In this document: positions 1-13,012 of the stretch, one piece after another
How positions within the stretch are numbered: the first letter of the stretch is position 1
How the letters are laid out: each line of letters opens with the position of its first letter
Origin: Eledone cirrhosa
Taxonomy: Eukaryota
Reading direction: 5' to 3'
Assembly: GCA_964016885.1 (NCBI GenBank)
Contig: OZ024741.1
Location: 334,924,001-334,988,000, forward strand
Length of the DNA: 64,000 bases
The notes under the pieces: generated by a model
What the model saw: the letters and a program-made list of their open reading frames with translations, nothing else
Told to the model about the DNA's origin: nothing
Databases searched by the model: none
Made by a program: the position numbers and the translations under genes

Positions 1-1132
1 AACAATGTGTTACAAGTGAGTAAGACACTTTATTTCATGTTACTCCTTCTGCCTGGAATTGCGACCGATAGATAGTACCGGCAATTAGAAAGACCAATGG
101 AAACATTGTTTCCTTGGTCCGATTTAATGAGTTTCACCCCTCTCAGTCAGTGTATGAGGTTGGATCTTGTCAGTTTTGATCATATCATTACTTTATTTTT
201 TATTGAAATAAGGTAATAAATGGGTTAACTGTTTCAATTCATTTTAGAAATAATCAATAACTTGCAATGATTTAGTAAAATAACTTTTTCATTATGCACG
301 CATGTATCTGTGTGTATATCATGACTTATACAATGTTCATTTTCCTGACATTTGTACATTATTCTATGTACTTTACATGCACCTTTGATTAGTTGTAGTG
401 CACCTGAGCACTGTACACAATAATTTTCATTATAACAAGATGGTGTTTGGAATATAATGAAATGGAAAGATTTGGGAGGTTTTAATTTAAATATGAATAC
501 TTATTATTCAGTGTTTTTTGCATAAAAGTTAGTCACAGTCAGGTTGATATTGAAAAGTTAAGATAGGTGGTGGTCAGTATTATTCCAGCTTGTAGCTTAC
601 ATCTAATTGTACCAAGAGTACTTTAGTAGATAAGAATATTGGAATATGGTGTTGGAAATAAATTTTGTTGGTTTTTCACCTTAGTTCCCCCCAAATAAGC
701 ATTAGGAAAAAATATTGCAAAATCTTATGTAGTCATGGAATAATTTATAGACAGTGTTAAGAATTACTTTTCTTGAAAGTATATGAAAAATTAAGTGAGG
801 TAATTTATTTTCCTTGGTAAATACAAAGGAAATATAGACATCTTGTATCTCTCTTTATTGTAGCAGAAATGCTTTGATAGATTTATTTTTTATGTATCGA
901 GAAAGACAAATTGTCTCCTGTGTGCCTTTATAAATGTACACAACTGAGACAAAATTCAAACCCCATATCTACTGCAATAAATATGTGTGTATGTGTATAT
1001 ATATATATATATGTGTGTGTAAGTGTATATATATGTATATGTGTGTGTATATATATATATGTGTGTGTGTATATATATATGTGTGTGTTTGTATATATAT
1101 ATATATATATATGTATATGTGTATATATGTGT

Positions 1133-1178
<46 letters not shown>

Positions 1179-1229
1179 ATATGTATGTATGTATATATAC
1201 ATGTATATGTATTTATATATGTATGTATA

Positions 1230-1609
1230 TCTATACTAATAAAGCTGACGGCCGTATGTATGTAACAAACTTTTCGCCAAACGGCTGAACCAAATGGCAC
1301 CAAATTTGCACCATAGATGTAACTTTTTCCAAGTAAGAAAGTGAGGTTATTTTTGTCTACTAAATTTTGTTAAAACATTAAAGATATTATTTAAATAATC
1401 ACTTCTTTAAAATTTTCAAATGTCAACACTTCCGGTTATATGACATCCTTTCTCTTTTTAGTCTATCTTTTTAGATAGATACTCAGCTATAATGTAGTGC
1501 TATTATAATATGTCTCTGTATGTCTGGCTGTCTGCATTATGAAAACCGTGTGTGTATATATGTATGTATACATAGTGTGTGTATATATATATATAGTGTA
1601 TATATATAT

Positions 1610-1642
<33 letters not shown>

Positions 1643-2525
1643 GTGTTAGTATAATAAATAAGAGACTGTTTAATTTGTACATTTTTTTACAGCATTCCTT
1701 TATACATATATATACATATATAAACATGTTATTTACAGTTGTATAAAAAAAGAAGTATACTTTTGGCACAAGGTCAGCAATTATTCCAGTACATTACTGG
1801 TACTTTATTATATATAATATATATAATACGACATTCATCTCTCTTTCTTACTCTGTCTTTTTAGATAGATACATAGCTATAACGTTGCGCGCTTATAATA
1901 TGTCTCTGTATGTCTGACTGTCTGCATTGACTTCGTTTCTAACCAACTTTTAATTAATTATATATATATATATAATTATATATTCGTTTACATATTTTCA
2001 CAGTAATACTGTACTATATATTTTCAACAGTAATACTATACTATATATTTTCAACTGTAATACTGTACTATATATTTTCAACTGTAATACTGTACTATAT
2101 ATTTTCAACAGTAATACTGTACTATATATTTTCAACAGTAATACTGTACTATATATTTTCAACAGTAATACTATACTATATATTTTCAACAGTAATACTG
2201 TACTATATATTTTCGACAGTAATACTATACTATACTATATATTTTCAACAGTAATACTTACTATATATTTTTAACAGTAATACTATACTATGTTTCCAAC
2301 AGTAATACTATACTATATGTTTTCAACAGTCGTACTATACTATACTATATATTTTCAACAGTATTACAATACTATATTATATATTTGCAACAGTAATACT
2401 ATACTACACAGATGGCTTATCATCTGTTTATCCAACCGAAGCTACATCAGCTATATATATATATCTATATGGATGCCATAGAACATGCCAATGGTAGTCG
2501 GGTGCCAGCCGGATGGGCCAGCTAG
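1230..2525 (+). mobile_element. Non-autonomous Helitron-like element carrying an internal minisatellite and a direct repeat
   Basis: 5' A^TCTATACTAATAAA...TGTATGTAAC...AAACGGCTGAACC start typical of non-autonomous Helitrons; 3' GC-rich GTCGGGTGCCAGCCGGATGGGCCAG then CTAG^T at 2522-2526; sits in an AT site inside (TA)n. That both ends belong to one element is inferred. Confidence 0.6.
1995..2410. repeat. 27-bp minisatellite (TTTTCAACAGTAATACTGTACTATATA), about 14-15 copies, degenerating rightwards
   Basis: Tandem units directly visible. Confidence 0.9.
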
Positions 2526-2788
2526 TATATATATATATATATTTATGTATGTATTTATATATGTATATATATATGTGTATATATATATATATTTGTATAA
2601 TATATATGTATTTATATATGTATATATATATGTATAATATATATATATTTATATATGTATATATATATATGTGTGTGTGTGTATTTATATATGTATATAT
2701 ATGTATTTATATATGTATATATATATATATATATAAATATATATGTATATATATATATATATGTATATTAATATATATATATATATAC

Positions 2789-2822
<34 letters not shown>

Positions 2823-2823
<1 letters not shown>

Positions 2824-3024
2824 ACGAAGGAAATGTGGTAGGGAACCAGGTGGACCATAACGCACCAAAGTACTCAATACTTGAGGTAGTAGAGTGGGTA
2901 ATAGGAACCAGTAAGACCCCGACAGCTGAGCTCAAGCCGTTTCGACGGCTAATTCTGGACTGAATTAGTCCAGAATTAGCCGTCGAAACGGCTTGAGCTC
3001 AGCTGTCGGGGTCTTACTGGTTCC

Positions 3025-3027
<3 letters not shown>
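2823..3027 (-). mobile_element. Fold-back remnant of a Penelope-like terminus containing the 3' half of a hammerhead ribozyme (family copy 1)
   Basis: Perfect 61-bp inverted arms 2901-2961/2967-3027; GAAAC-GGCT-tgagctc-AGCT-GTC stem III plus cleavage triplet; unpaired tail 2823-2900; (TA)n on both sides. Confidence 0.7.
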
Positions 3028-3092
<65 letters not shown>

Positions 3093-3174
3093 TATATATA
3101 TGCATATGTATGTATATATACATATATATATTTGTGTGTGTATATAAGTACATGTATATATAAATATGTGTAGG

Positions 3175-3420
3175 TGGAGGCACGTGGTCTAGTGGTAAGG
3201 GTGTTGGAGTTACTATTATAATGTCGTTCATTCGCTTCCTGGGTTGTGAGTTGTGTTCTTGAGCAAAATACATCATTTCACGTTGCTCCAGCTGAAAATG
3301 ATTACCAGCAATAGCTGGGGTTTTAACGCTGTGATGGACTGGTTTCCTGTCCAGTGGGGAGTCTTGTACTCTCAGTCGCTTCATACCATGAAAGCGGGAT
3401 AAGCACCGACCAAATGAGCT
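3175..3420 (+). mobile_element. tRNA-derived SINE with CORE-like and V-domain-like segments
   Basis: A-box-like TGGTCTAGTGG; TGTGTTCTTGAGCAA core; GTGATGGACTGG...TCCAGTGGGGAG...AGTCGCTTCAT...GGGATAAGC. Confidence 0.6.
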
Positions 3421-3844
3421 TTCTGGCTTAAGACAAACTTTAGAATTTTTTTTTTATATATATATGTGTGTTTATATATATATATATATGTGTATGTGTA
3501 TATATATATATGTGTGTGTATATATACATTAAAAACATTATAACACCTTATTTGTTGAAAATATTTTGGGTTCTTTTTTTCCATATTGGGAATAAGTTAT
3601 TTAAATAGATGAACACTATGAATATAAATGTATATTTACATGTGGTGCCACAAGGTTCCATAATATAGCGGTACACTAAATATATGTAATTCATCTTGTA
3701 ACTATAATTTGACACAATAATAAATTGTGGAATTATAAACAGGCAAGTTTAATATTACCACAGAGCTGGGTTTGTATTCTCAAAAAGAATAGAAATATAA
3801 TTCATTTCAAATGAATAGGATTGATATATTCATCTATACAAGAA

Positions 3845-4245
3845 AAGATACTCTCATGGAATAACCAAATGAGGTTTATTTGATTATGTAAGGTGATATA
3901 TGAGGATCTACCAAAAGCTTCAGAGGCTGACCAAATGAGATTTATTTTATTATGTAGGGTGGTATACGAGGTCAGCTGAAAAGTTCATAGGTTGACCAAG
4001 ATACTCTCATGGAATGACCAATTGAGGTTTATTTTATTATGGAGGGCAATATATGAGGATCAGCCGAAAGGTACATTGGCTGATCAAGATACTCTCATGG
4101 AATGTCCAAATGAGGTTTAAGTTCCTGGAAAGAAACAGTGCAGTTATTAATAAGTAGTAGTTGAAATTAATGCATGCAACATTTTATAGCTCTAGCATCA
4201 CTCCTTCATAGTTAGCCTATGGACATTTCAGCCACCCTCTTCTGT
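3845..4245 (+). mobile_element. Mariner-like MITE whose 5' ~64 bp is tandemly amplified about 4 times
   Basis: TACGAGG..GCTGAAAAGTTCATAGG end with inverted counterpart TAGCCTATGGACATTTCAGCCACCCT; repeated AAGATACTCTCATGGAATGACCAAATGAGGTTTA; homologues at 22878 and 56215. Confidence 0.65.
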
Positions 4246-4402
4246 ATAAATATATATATATATATAAGGTAATACTAATTTGGTATAAATATCCAAGGGT
4301 TAAGAGCACTCAGTCCATAATTAGTTACAACCATGACATGTACAGGTACTGTAACTGCACATGTCAATGTACTGTAACTAATTATAAAAATTCTAAATAT
4401 TA

Positions 4403-4434
<32 letters not shown>

Positions 4435-4435
<1 letters not shown>

Positions 4436-4668
4436 AGTGGTTACACAACAGTTAGTTCACCATACCGAGAACAATTGTTTCACCTTAGCGGAACCTCAGC
4501 TCATAATGGGTTCGCTCGTAATCGGTCCGCCATTACGAGCTGAGATTCCGCTAAGGTGAAACAATTGTTCTTGGTATGGTGAACTAACTGTTGTGTAACC
4601 ACTTCTACCTAACTCGTCCCATGGACTGAGTGCTCTACCACTACGGATATTACCTTCCAGTGTTCTAC

Positions 4669-4672
<4 letters not shown>
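4435..4672 (+). mobile_element. Fold-back element with a degenerate type-I hammerhead (Penelope-like terminus, second family)
   Basis: 75-bp inverted arms 4435-4509/4530-4604; CGAG-CTGAG(A/G)T-..CC gctaa GG-TGAAAC-AATT-GTT-CT(C/T)G; tail to 4672; (TA)n flanks. Confidence 0.6.
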
Positions 4673-4704
<32 letters not shown>

Positions 4705-4854
4705 GAGTGGGCTGTAAGTGATAAGACAAATTCTCTAGTGTTGGTGCTATGATAAAATGTAACGATAACATTTAATAATATGGTTGGTATCTTTAGTCAT
4801 GAGTAGACTCTTTAGTCATGTCAAGACCTTAACAACAGCTCTATTACTAGCACC

Positions 4855-5052
4855 ATAATAAAACACACCCAGTACACTCTGTAAAGTGGCTGACATTATA
4901 AAAATAACATGGAATGTTTAAGTGACGTGTGGTCTTCCATCTCATCTATAAAGGGAGTAACTCTGAGTAAATTCTGATATAGACTTAGACTTTAACGACT
5001 GTTCAACCTATGCCTGCATGGAAAGTGAATACAAACTGATGATGATGATGAT
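4855..5052 (+). mobile_element. Degenerate 3' end of an RTE-type LINE or partner SINE
   Basis: CACCCAGTACACTCTGTAAAGTGG...CAACCTATGCCTGCATGGAAAG...(TGA)n matches the 3' UTR of the LINE at 55170-55367. Confidence 0.55.
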
Positions 5053-6883
5053 ATGTGTGTGTTTGTGTATGTACATATGTATGTGTTTATGTCTGTCTTT
5101 GTATTTATGTTTATGTAAATCTAGTGTTGTGTAAAATAAATTATAATGATGGTTTCATGGTTATGGGGTCTGACTCAGGATCATAAGGTCATAAATTTGA
5201 TTCTTGGTGTTGCATTGCATTGTGCCCTTGAGCAAGACACATTACTTTCCCATTGCTCCAGTCAACTCAGTTGGAAAATATGTATTTGTAATTCAAAGGA
5301 CCAGCCTTGTTTCACAGTGCAACATGCTCAATTTCCATGAGAACTATATTATGGTGATACTTTGGAATGCTCAGACACTGGCACCTTAATTGAACAGGCT
5401 GTTCCATTCATCAAAAAAACTAGAACACTTTTCATCGGAACAGAGAGAGTTTGATAACATTTTATCAAACACCTCCACCATCACCACTACCATAACCATC
5501 ACAACCTGACAGAATGTTTTGTGGTATTTTTTCCAGGTCTCTGTGCTCTGGGTTCAAATCCCACTGAAGACAACTTTGCTTTTCATTTTTTCAAGGTTGA
5601 TAAAAAAGTACCAGTCAAGCACTGAGGTTGATTCTTCCTCTATATCGCTTTCTCACTTTTTCTTTTTTTTCCTTCTCTGAAAGAAATTTACTGTGTTCAA
5701 ACCCGGAGAGGGGATGGGCTTTGTCAGGCTTAAAATGACCTAGAAACGCTGAATGCCACTACGGCACCCTTACAACTCCACCAGGAGTTACAGGACTATC
5801 ACATCACGCACACTTTGACTTAATTAGAGAAGGGATTGACGACAAAGTTGTCCTTGGCACAGTTGGATATCAGAATTTAAAGTGACATGTGATTTTGCTT
5901 TCATCCTTTTATGGTTGATAGATAAAGTACCAGTGTACTATTGGAGTTGATATCTTCTATCTTTCAGTATCACTTTCTCTCCTTCTTTTTCTCTGGAAGA
6001 AATTGGCTGTATTCAGACCTAGGGAGAAATGGTCTCAGCTGTGTGTAGATGTCCCTAGAAGAAATTAGCTCTGTTCAGACTTGGAGGGAAATGGCTTCTA
6101 CCCAAGACATGCCATAAGTCAGAAAAGGGCAACTATAACTCCATCAGGAGTTAAGGACTCTTTTTGTCTTTTTTCCTTTCTGACCAAATGCTGCAGCACA
6201 TTTCTGTGCAACGCTCTACCAAATCTGCTTATGTTGCATACTATACTACAAATATTAATTATCTTTCTTAATAAGACAATGAAATCTATGTAGTTTTAAT
6301 ATTACACACACATTACAAGTTGTTGCTGTTCTTCTCTCTATCTATCTTGTCTTTGCTACTTCTAAAGACATTGGCAGTTATTGTTGTATCGTCAACAAAC
6401 AAAATACCACATCTATTTCTCTATTTATTCACTTCAATTGAAATCTATTCTACATAATTCTAGACTATTCTCTTCTTTAACTTCTATTCTTCTACATTCT
6501 ATTCATCGTCATCAATGAAATTATTTTATTTCATTTGACTTAAACATTAGAGGATTTTCATCTTTGAGTAATTTGAATTCTATCAGGAAAATCAAAAAAA
6601 TAAAACCAGAGATATACTTGATAATTGAAAGTCTATATTAAAATCTTACAAGAGTTTTACAATTTACTTTCTTAGTTTTATCTTATTTTTTATTATTTTT
6701 TTTATTTTTTCAACAGAGCTTGCAACAAAACATATTTGTATGTGCTTGTATATGTACGTTGGTATGTGTGCATGTGTATGTATGTATATACGTGTGTGTG
6801 TATGTATGTATATACATGTGTGAATGTATGATGATATGTACATATACATACATATTGTATATATGTGTGTATGTATATATACA

Positions 6884-7140
6884 TAGTTAATATAAAGAGC
6901 GGTGTGCTCATATGTGGACATGTTGTAAAGTAGTTTATAAAATAAGGTGAAGACTCTTAGAGATGGAAAATTTGTCGTCAGCCACTACAAGGAATCAAAC
7001 TTCTTTTACCGTCTCTAAGGGTCTTTACCCTATGTTATAAGCTATTTTATAGCAACTCTGCACATGAGCACACGTCTCTTTATATTAACTTTATCCCTTC
7101 AGTGCTTCGTAAACATTCAAGACATCGGCTATAAATATAT
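6884..7140. repeat. Old imperfect fold-back element (~87-bp arms 6884-6970/7005-7092); one arm plus loop recurs at 10864-10995
   Basis: Reverse-complement match of the arms, mostly transition mismatches. Confidence 0.7.
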
Positions 7141-7149
7141 ATATCTATC

Positions 7150-7560
7150 TTGGGCAGGTAAAATTCCCGAGATCAATGGACGAGTTCTCTCCAGAGGTCT
7201 CTGTCCTTCATCATTGCCACCACGTCCTGCATCTCCCAGAGACCAGTGTCTGTCCTTTGTGCATCAATATATGTCAACCTTGGTTTCCCTCTTTTCGTGT
7301 GTCCATGTAGGTGCTCCTACAGGAGCACTGAGTGCAATGTCAACTCTGAATGTCGGTGAACATGTCTAGCCAATGTCAGCCTCCTCTGTGTTACTTCGAG
7401 TTGACTTTTGGGAGGCTCCCGTACAGCTCTGAGTTCTTTATCCTCAGTTTATACTGATTAATGTTCAGAGCAATTCTCAGCATTCTCGTGTAGCACCCAT
7501 CCACAATCTGAGTGAGTTTCTTGGCCAGTGTCCAAGTCTCAGCCCATACAGTAGCACAGA
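7150..7560 (-). mobile_element. RTE-clade LINE C-terminal fragment
   Basis: Translation AETWTLAKKLTQIVDGCYTRMLRIALNI...NSELYG matches the RTE ORF2 post-RT region. Confidence 0.75.
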
Positions 7561-7588
7561 CACCACTGTAGCAATGAATAGACAGGTC

Positions 7589-7705
<117 letters not shown>

Positions 7706-7750
7706 TCCTTCCAATGATTTTGTTTCAATATTATTATTATTATTATTATT

Positions 7751-7938
7751 GGTGGTTTAGCAGTATCGGTAGAGGGTTGGACAACATGCTTTGCAGCACA
7801 GAGTTACGCTCCTTTCTGATCTGAGTTCAAATCCTGCCGAGGTTAACTTTGCCTTTCATCCTTCCGGGGGTCGATAAAATAAAGTACCAGTAATGCACTG
7901 GGATAATTGCTGGCTTTGTGCCAAAAGTAGAAACAATT

Positions 7939-7952
<14 letters not shown>
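7751..7952 (+). mobile_element. Full-length tRNA-type SINE of the dominant family, (ATT)n tail
   Basis: B-box GAGTTCAAATCC; central GCCTTTCATCCTT..GGGGTCGATAAAATAAAGTACCAG; 3' TGTGCCAAAAGTAGAAACAATTATT. Confidence 0.85.
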
Positions 7953-7970
<18 letters not shown>

Positions 7971-8030
7971 TTCAAATTATGTCAGATGACCATGTTTGTC
8001 CAACCTATGCAAGCATGGAGTATCATTGGA

Positions 8031-8224
8031 AATAATTGTTTCCACATTTAGCACAAGGCCAGCAATTACCCAAGTGCATTACTGGTACTTTATTTTATCG
8101 ACCCTGTAAGGATGAAAGGCAAAGTTAACCTCAGCGGGATTTGAACTCAGAACGTAAAGGGACGTAACTCTATGCTGCAAAACATGGCATCAGACCCTCT
8201 ACCGATACTGCTAATCCATCGCCC
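8031..8224 (-). mobile_element. Full-length SINE, same family, inverted relative to 7751-7952
   Basis: Reverse-complement homology to 7751-7952. Confidence 0.85.
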
Positions 8225-8320
8225 GACTGGTAATAATGGAGTGTTGAGTGGAGTTTAAATCAGAATTATCTATAATCTACTAAACTACTTTGTATGTGTG
8301 GCTGCATGTATATGTGTATA

Positions 8321-8352
<32 letters not shown>

Positions 8353-8405
8353 CGTGTGTGTATGTTTATATATATGTGCACACACACACACACAAACACA
8401 TATAT

Positions 8406-8543
8406 ATAAGAACGAGTAGGTCCCCGACGGCTGAGCTCAGCCGTCGGGGTCCTACTCGTTCTTATTACCCACTCTACTACCCTAAGTATTGAGTACTTTG
8501 GTGCGTTATGGTCCATCTGGTTCCTTACCACATTTCCTTCATT
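8406..8543 (+). mobile_element. Fold-back Penelope-like terminus (family copy 2), apex at GAGCTC
   Basis: 60-bp palindrome 8406-8465 centred on 8435/8436; tail homologous to the reverse complement of 2823-2900. Confidence 0.7.
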
Positions 8544-8676
8544 ATATATATATATATAAGTTATCACCGCTTGCTTCCTACGAACTGAATGGTTTTGATC
8601 TTCAAATCATGAGGATATCTCAATTGATTAGAGTTTTTCCCCACTTGCCATATTCAGACTGAATCTCTCTCTCTCT

Positions 8677-8707
<31 letters not shown>

Positions 8708-8752
8708 CCTCTATCTATCTATCTATCTATGAATCTATCTATCTATATGTGT

Positions 8753-8798
<46 letters not shown>

Positions 8799-10057
8799 AT
8801 GTATATATATGTGTGTATGTATATATATATATATGCACAAAAAGAAGCCAATCCAATTTTTCTGAGAGTCTCAAGTTATAGAAGGTTTCTTGATTGAGTT
8901 GACTGGAAATATGATTTTCCAATTAGATTGTAGGATTTTATTTAAGGTGTTCCTGATTAAATCATTAAATATAGTTTTCATGTCGATAACAAAAACTTTC
9001 TTCAGAGTTATATTTCATGATTAGTACAGAAATAAGTATAAAAGTGTACACACACACATATTCCTCCTTACACACACACATACTCACTCCCACAATCCCC
9101 AATCCATACAAACACTTACACCCCCCCCCCCCCCCCCCCCCCACACACACACATGCACTCGCACACACACAGATATGGAGTCTTTCTGTCTGAATATTGT
9201 CTCACGGAAACAAATTCTATCGACAGAGAAAATCTTTACAATTTAGAAATTCAAACTCCCTTTTACTGTTATTTAGGTAATGGAATGCCAAAAATGATGA
9301 GCTCCTAGAAACTTGTCTGATTCAAGTCTTTTGGAACCATTTAAGACAATGCAGTTAGTGTGGCCCTTACCTACTAGCCACCTTGATATTTAGACACAGC
9401 AATTTTTAGACACACCGGACTAATGAAACAATTGTTAATACTTTGAATAAACCCTATTGTACAGCCGACCACGTTATTCTTCACTCATTTATTATATATA
9501 CAACAACAACAATTTCAAATCCATCTCATCATCAGCATCCTCCCCCTCCCCCACCGACCTTCTGACTTTTGTTTCCTTCTCCATCATGTCTTCTTCCTTC
9601 ACTTCATTTCACATTCACCCAGTCACTTTCGCCTTTCACACCCACACAAGGAATAGAACCAATTGGACCAAAGAAACAATGATTCCATTGATCTTTGCAA
9701 TACTGATACTGTCTGCTGGTAACAATTTCTGGCAGAAGGAGGAGGTGGAATTTGAACTCAGAATGCACAGAGTCGGGATTGGATACTGACTCATTAGAAT
9801 TCTGCTAAACCACTGCTCTTGGATTGGAACTCATTTTTTTTTATCTAGAAAAGGATGAAAGACAAAGCTAACTTCAGTAGGTTTTAAACTCAGGAGACAG
9901 AGTCAGAAAAAACAATAAAGCATTTAATTAATCCAATGCTTTAATGACTCTGTTAATTTGCCACCTTATTCAATTAAGACATGACATTTTACTCACAATT
10001 ATGAAGTATTACTGGGAAAATACTCATTTGGTTTTTCTTCAGCATTGAGTCAGCTTT

Positions 10058-10090
<33 letters not shown>

Positions 10091-10554
10091 TTATAATTCA
10101 AACTGAAAGTCAGAGTTACAAAGTAATTTTGGGAAAAAAGTGTGGTGTGTTATATAGATTTTGTTAAATGAAATTTTCTGTGATATTTTGTTTATTCATC
10201 CTAAATACTTTTAGTCTTTTGTTAACCATGCTGCAAGACACAAGAAATCCCAGCTCTCATCTTCATACCTTACCAGATTAGCCTGGAGATATTCATTTTA
10301 ATTACAGGATGAAACGAAAAAAATCTGCATGATGAATTTGATAAAATATTACCACAGGGGTATCAACCTCATACCATTTTTTTTCTTCATCACGAAGGAG
10401 GAGTTTGGTATTTTTATCATGTCACTGGTGCTAGAGATTCTCTATGTACAAGACAGGAAGATAATTAACATCTGACACACATTTCCTTATCTCTGTAAGA
10501 ACTACCAATGCATATGCACTCACACACATATATACATGCATGTGTATATGTGTT

Positions 10555-10605
<51 letters not shown>

Positions 10606-11374
10606 CACACATGCACACATGCACGCATGCACACACACGTGTTTGTGTGTGAATGTATATAGAGGGAGAGAAGAAAGGAGAGACAAGAGAGAGATAAGAG
10701 ATATTGATATATTTATTTGTGTATATATATATGCAAAACTCTTGCTTGGGGGGGGGGGGTCTTTCTGAAGACCGTCTGCTGTCCCTTTTGTGAGTTCTTA
10801 GAGCTTCTTACCACTATATATAATCATGATATATATGTAGCCAATCTTTCAGACTTTTACAAAGTGCTGGGGAATAACGTTAATATAAAGAGTGGTGTGC
10901 TCATGCATGGGGTTGCTATAAAATGGCTTATAAATTAGAGTGAAGACCCTTAAAGATGGAAAAATAGGTTGCCATTGGCTATAAGGAATCAAAGCTCATA
11001 TCTTCCAGATACTAGTTAGGTACTTTGAACCATTAAACTGAGGGACTGTGACAACTTTTACCATCTTAAATTTGGAATAGGCTTTTTTAGATAACAATAA
11101 CTGGCTGATAATATTAAGCAGATGATATGAATATTTATATATGAGCTTTATGATCATAATTTGCTGGTTGCTGGTTAATGCAATTATTCCTGCTAAAATT
11201 AAAACCTTTGTGATTGTACATTTAAAAACAAATCTCCACAAATTTAAAATTTAATAAAAACCATGATGAAAAATTCTGTCATATTAAAAAAAGGACGCAA
11301 TGAATTTCTTTAAAAAAAGACGGGATGTCATGATTTAAAATATTTGAGAAGGTCTGGTTTAAATAATGCTTTCT

Positions 11375-11590
11375 TATATAGGCACAAGGCCAGCAATTTG
11401 GTTTTTTTTTTGGGGGGGGGGGGCGTCTATTAATTCGATCCCAGTGCGTGACAGGTACTTTATTTTATCGACATCAGAAGGATGAAACAGGCCATTTTTA
11501 ACAACTATGAGATTCGTACTCAGAACATAAAGAGCTGGAACAAATGCTGCAAAGCTCTAGTGTTTCTGCCAAATCAGTTCCACCATCCTT
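11375..11590 (-). mobile_element. Diverged SINE of the dominant superfamily
   Basis: GGCACAAGGCCAGCAA...GGTACTTTATTTTATCGAC...AAGGATGAAA...ACTCAGAAC. Confidence 0.7.
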
Positions 11591-11662
11591 CTGCTTGTTT
11601 TAAATAATGCATTTTAATATGCACTGTCCTTTTAGTCTTTTTACTGACACTGTATTTTAAAG

Positions 11663-11698
11663 CACTTATGTAAAGATATCTGTCTGAAATACACCAAG
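11663..11698 (+). CDS. Candidate 36-nt internal exon (HLCKDICLKYTK)
   Basis: Weak acceptor TTTTAAAG, consensus donor AAG|GTAAGT, open in phase 0; no homology recognised. Confidence 0.22.
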
Positions 11699-12054
11699 GT
11701 AAGTGTAATATGAATACAGCAATATTGATAAGATGCCTTTCCTGCAAACTATCTGCTATGTTGACACAGATAAAGTCTTTCGGTTTTAATGGCTATAATA
11801 TCTATTGTTTTATTGCTTTTGTTTTTCCAGAAGATTCTATACTGACACTAGTATCTCTGGTTCATATAAATATTTCAGAGATAAAAATTACTGACAAGAT
11901 AAAATTGTGTGTCTATGTGTTTATGTATGTGTGTATGCATGTATGTATGTATGTATGAATTAGTGCTCATGTGCGTGTAAACATACACACAGAGACGGAC
12001 ACTGATGATAAATATGTTTGTGTTTGTGCATGTAAATATATGATAATATATACA

Positions 12055-12118
<64 letters not shown>

Positions 12119-12345
12119 CACACACATATATACCTATGAATATACATACATATGTGTAGGAGGGTATAAACCCATAATGATCATATTTGTGCATATATCT
12201 ATATATATATTTCCCTACAGATATTTATATAAATGCATACGTCCCTATATATATGTGAGTTGTGTGTATCTATGTATAAAACACACATACACTCACATAC
12301 ATACATGTAGATATACACGCAGCTCACATATACATAGGGACATAT

Positions 12346-12408
<63 letters not shown>

Positions 12409-12827
12409 TTATACACATAGATACATGTATACAAAGCACAAATACATGGGGACATATATATGTGTGTGTGTATATATATATATGTGTGTGTGTATATATA
12501 TATATATATACACACACACATACAGGCATTCACAAACACTCACACTAAAACAAAGATATTTCATAGTGCAGCAAGAAATTATTCACAATTTTGATATATC
12601 ATCATAATAATTTATATTGAAATTACTTATCTTCTTTTGACACTAGCTGCTACTTTATGAAAAACACACCAATAATATATAGAAGAGAATTGTCTGCTAT
12701 TTTGTTTTTGCTCAACCAAATTACAGTCAGTGAGAAAAAAACTCCTATCATTTCATACTGCATCCGTCTACATTAGACAGACCTGCTAGAAATAGCAGCT
12801 GAATCACCCAATAATCACACCCTATCT

Positions 12828-13012
12828 TAACCCTTTAGCATATAAACCAGCTGTATCCGGCCAGAATTCTCTCACCTCTTTCTGTTCAGACCAGTTCTAA
12901 CTGGCCACTCATATTGATGTTAATAAATAATATCAAAATCTCATAGATTCAATATTATGTGAGATAATTATGTGAAAATAAATATAGAGGAATGTAAATG
13001 CCGAAGGGGTAA
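12828..13012. mobile_element. Old MITE with TTAA-CCC...GGG-like ends (piggyBac-like)
   Basis: TTAACCCTTTAGCATATA ... TAAATGCCGAAGGGGTAA imperfect terminal inverted repeats. Confidence 0.4.

Noticed and set aside
911-1303. YI/HT/CV-rich ORFs here and throughout (e.g. 12177-12548, 44466-47370, 50491-51334)
   Set aside because: Translations of (TA)n/(CA)n microsatellites, which lack stop codons.
6970-6990. CTGACGA on the minus strand in the hairpin loop
   Set aside because: No stem II plus GAAA follows, and it is not conserved in the homologue near 10970.
7751-7850. tRNA-like A/B boxes in SINE heads
   Set aside because: No cloverleaf; they continue into SINE body and tail, so not tRNA genes.
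10308-10466. Protein-like stretch NLHDEFDKILPQGYQPHT...EDN* after a TTACAG acceptor
   Set aside because: A TGA lies between the acceptor and that frame; no donor or homology support.
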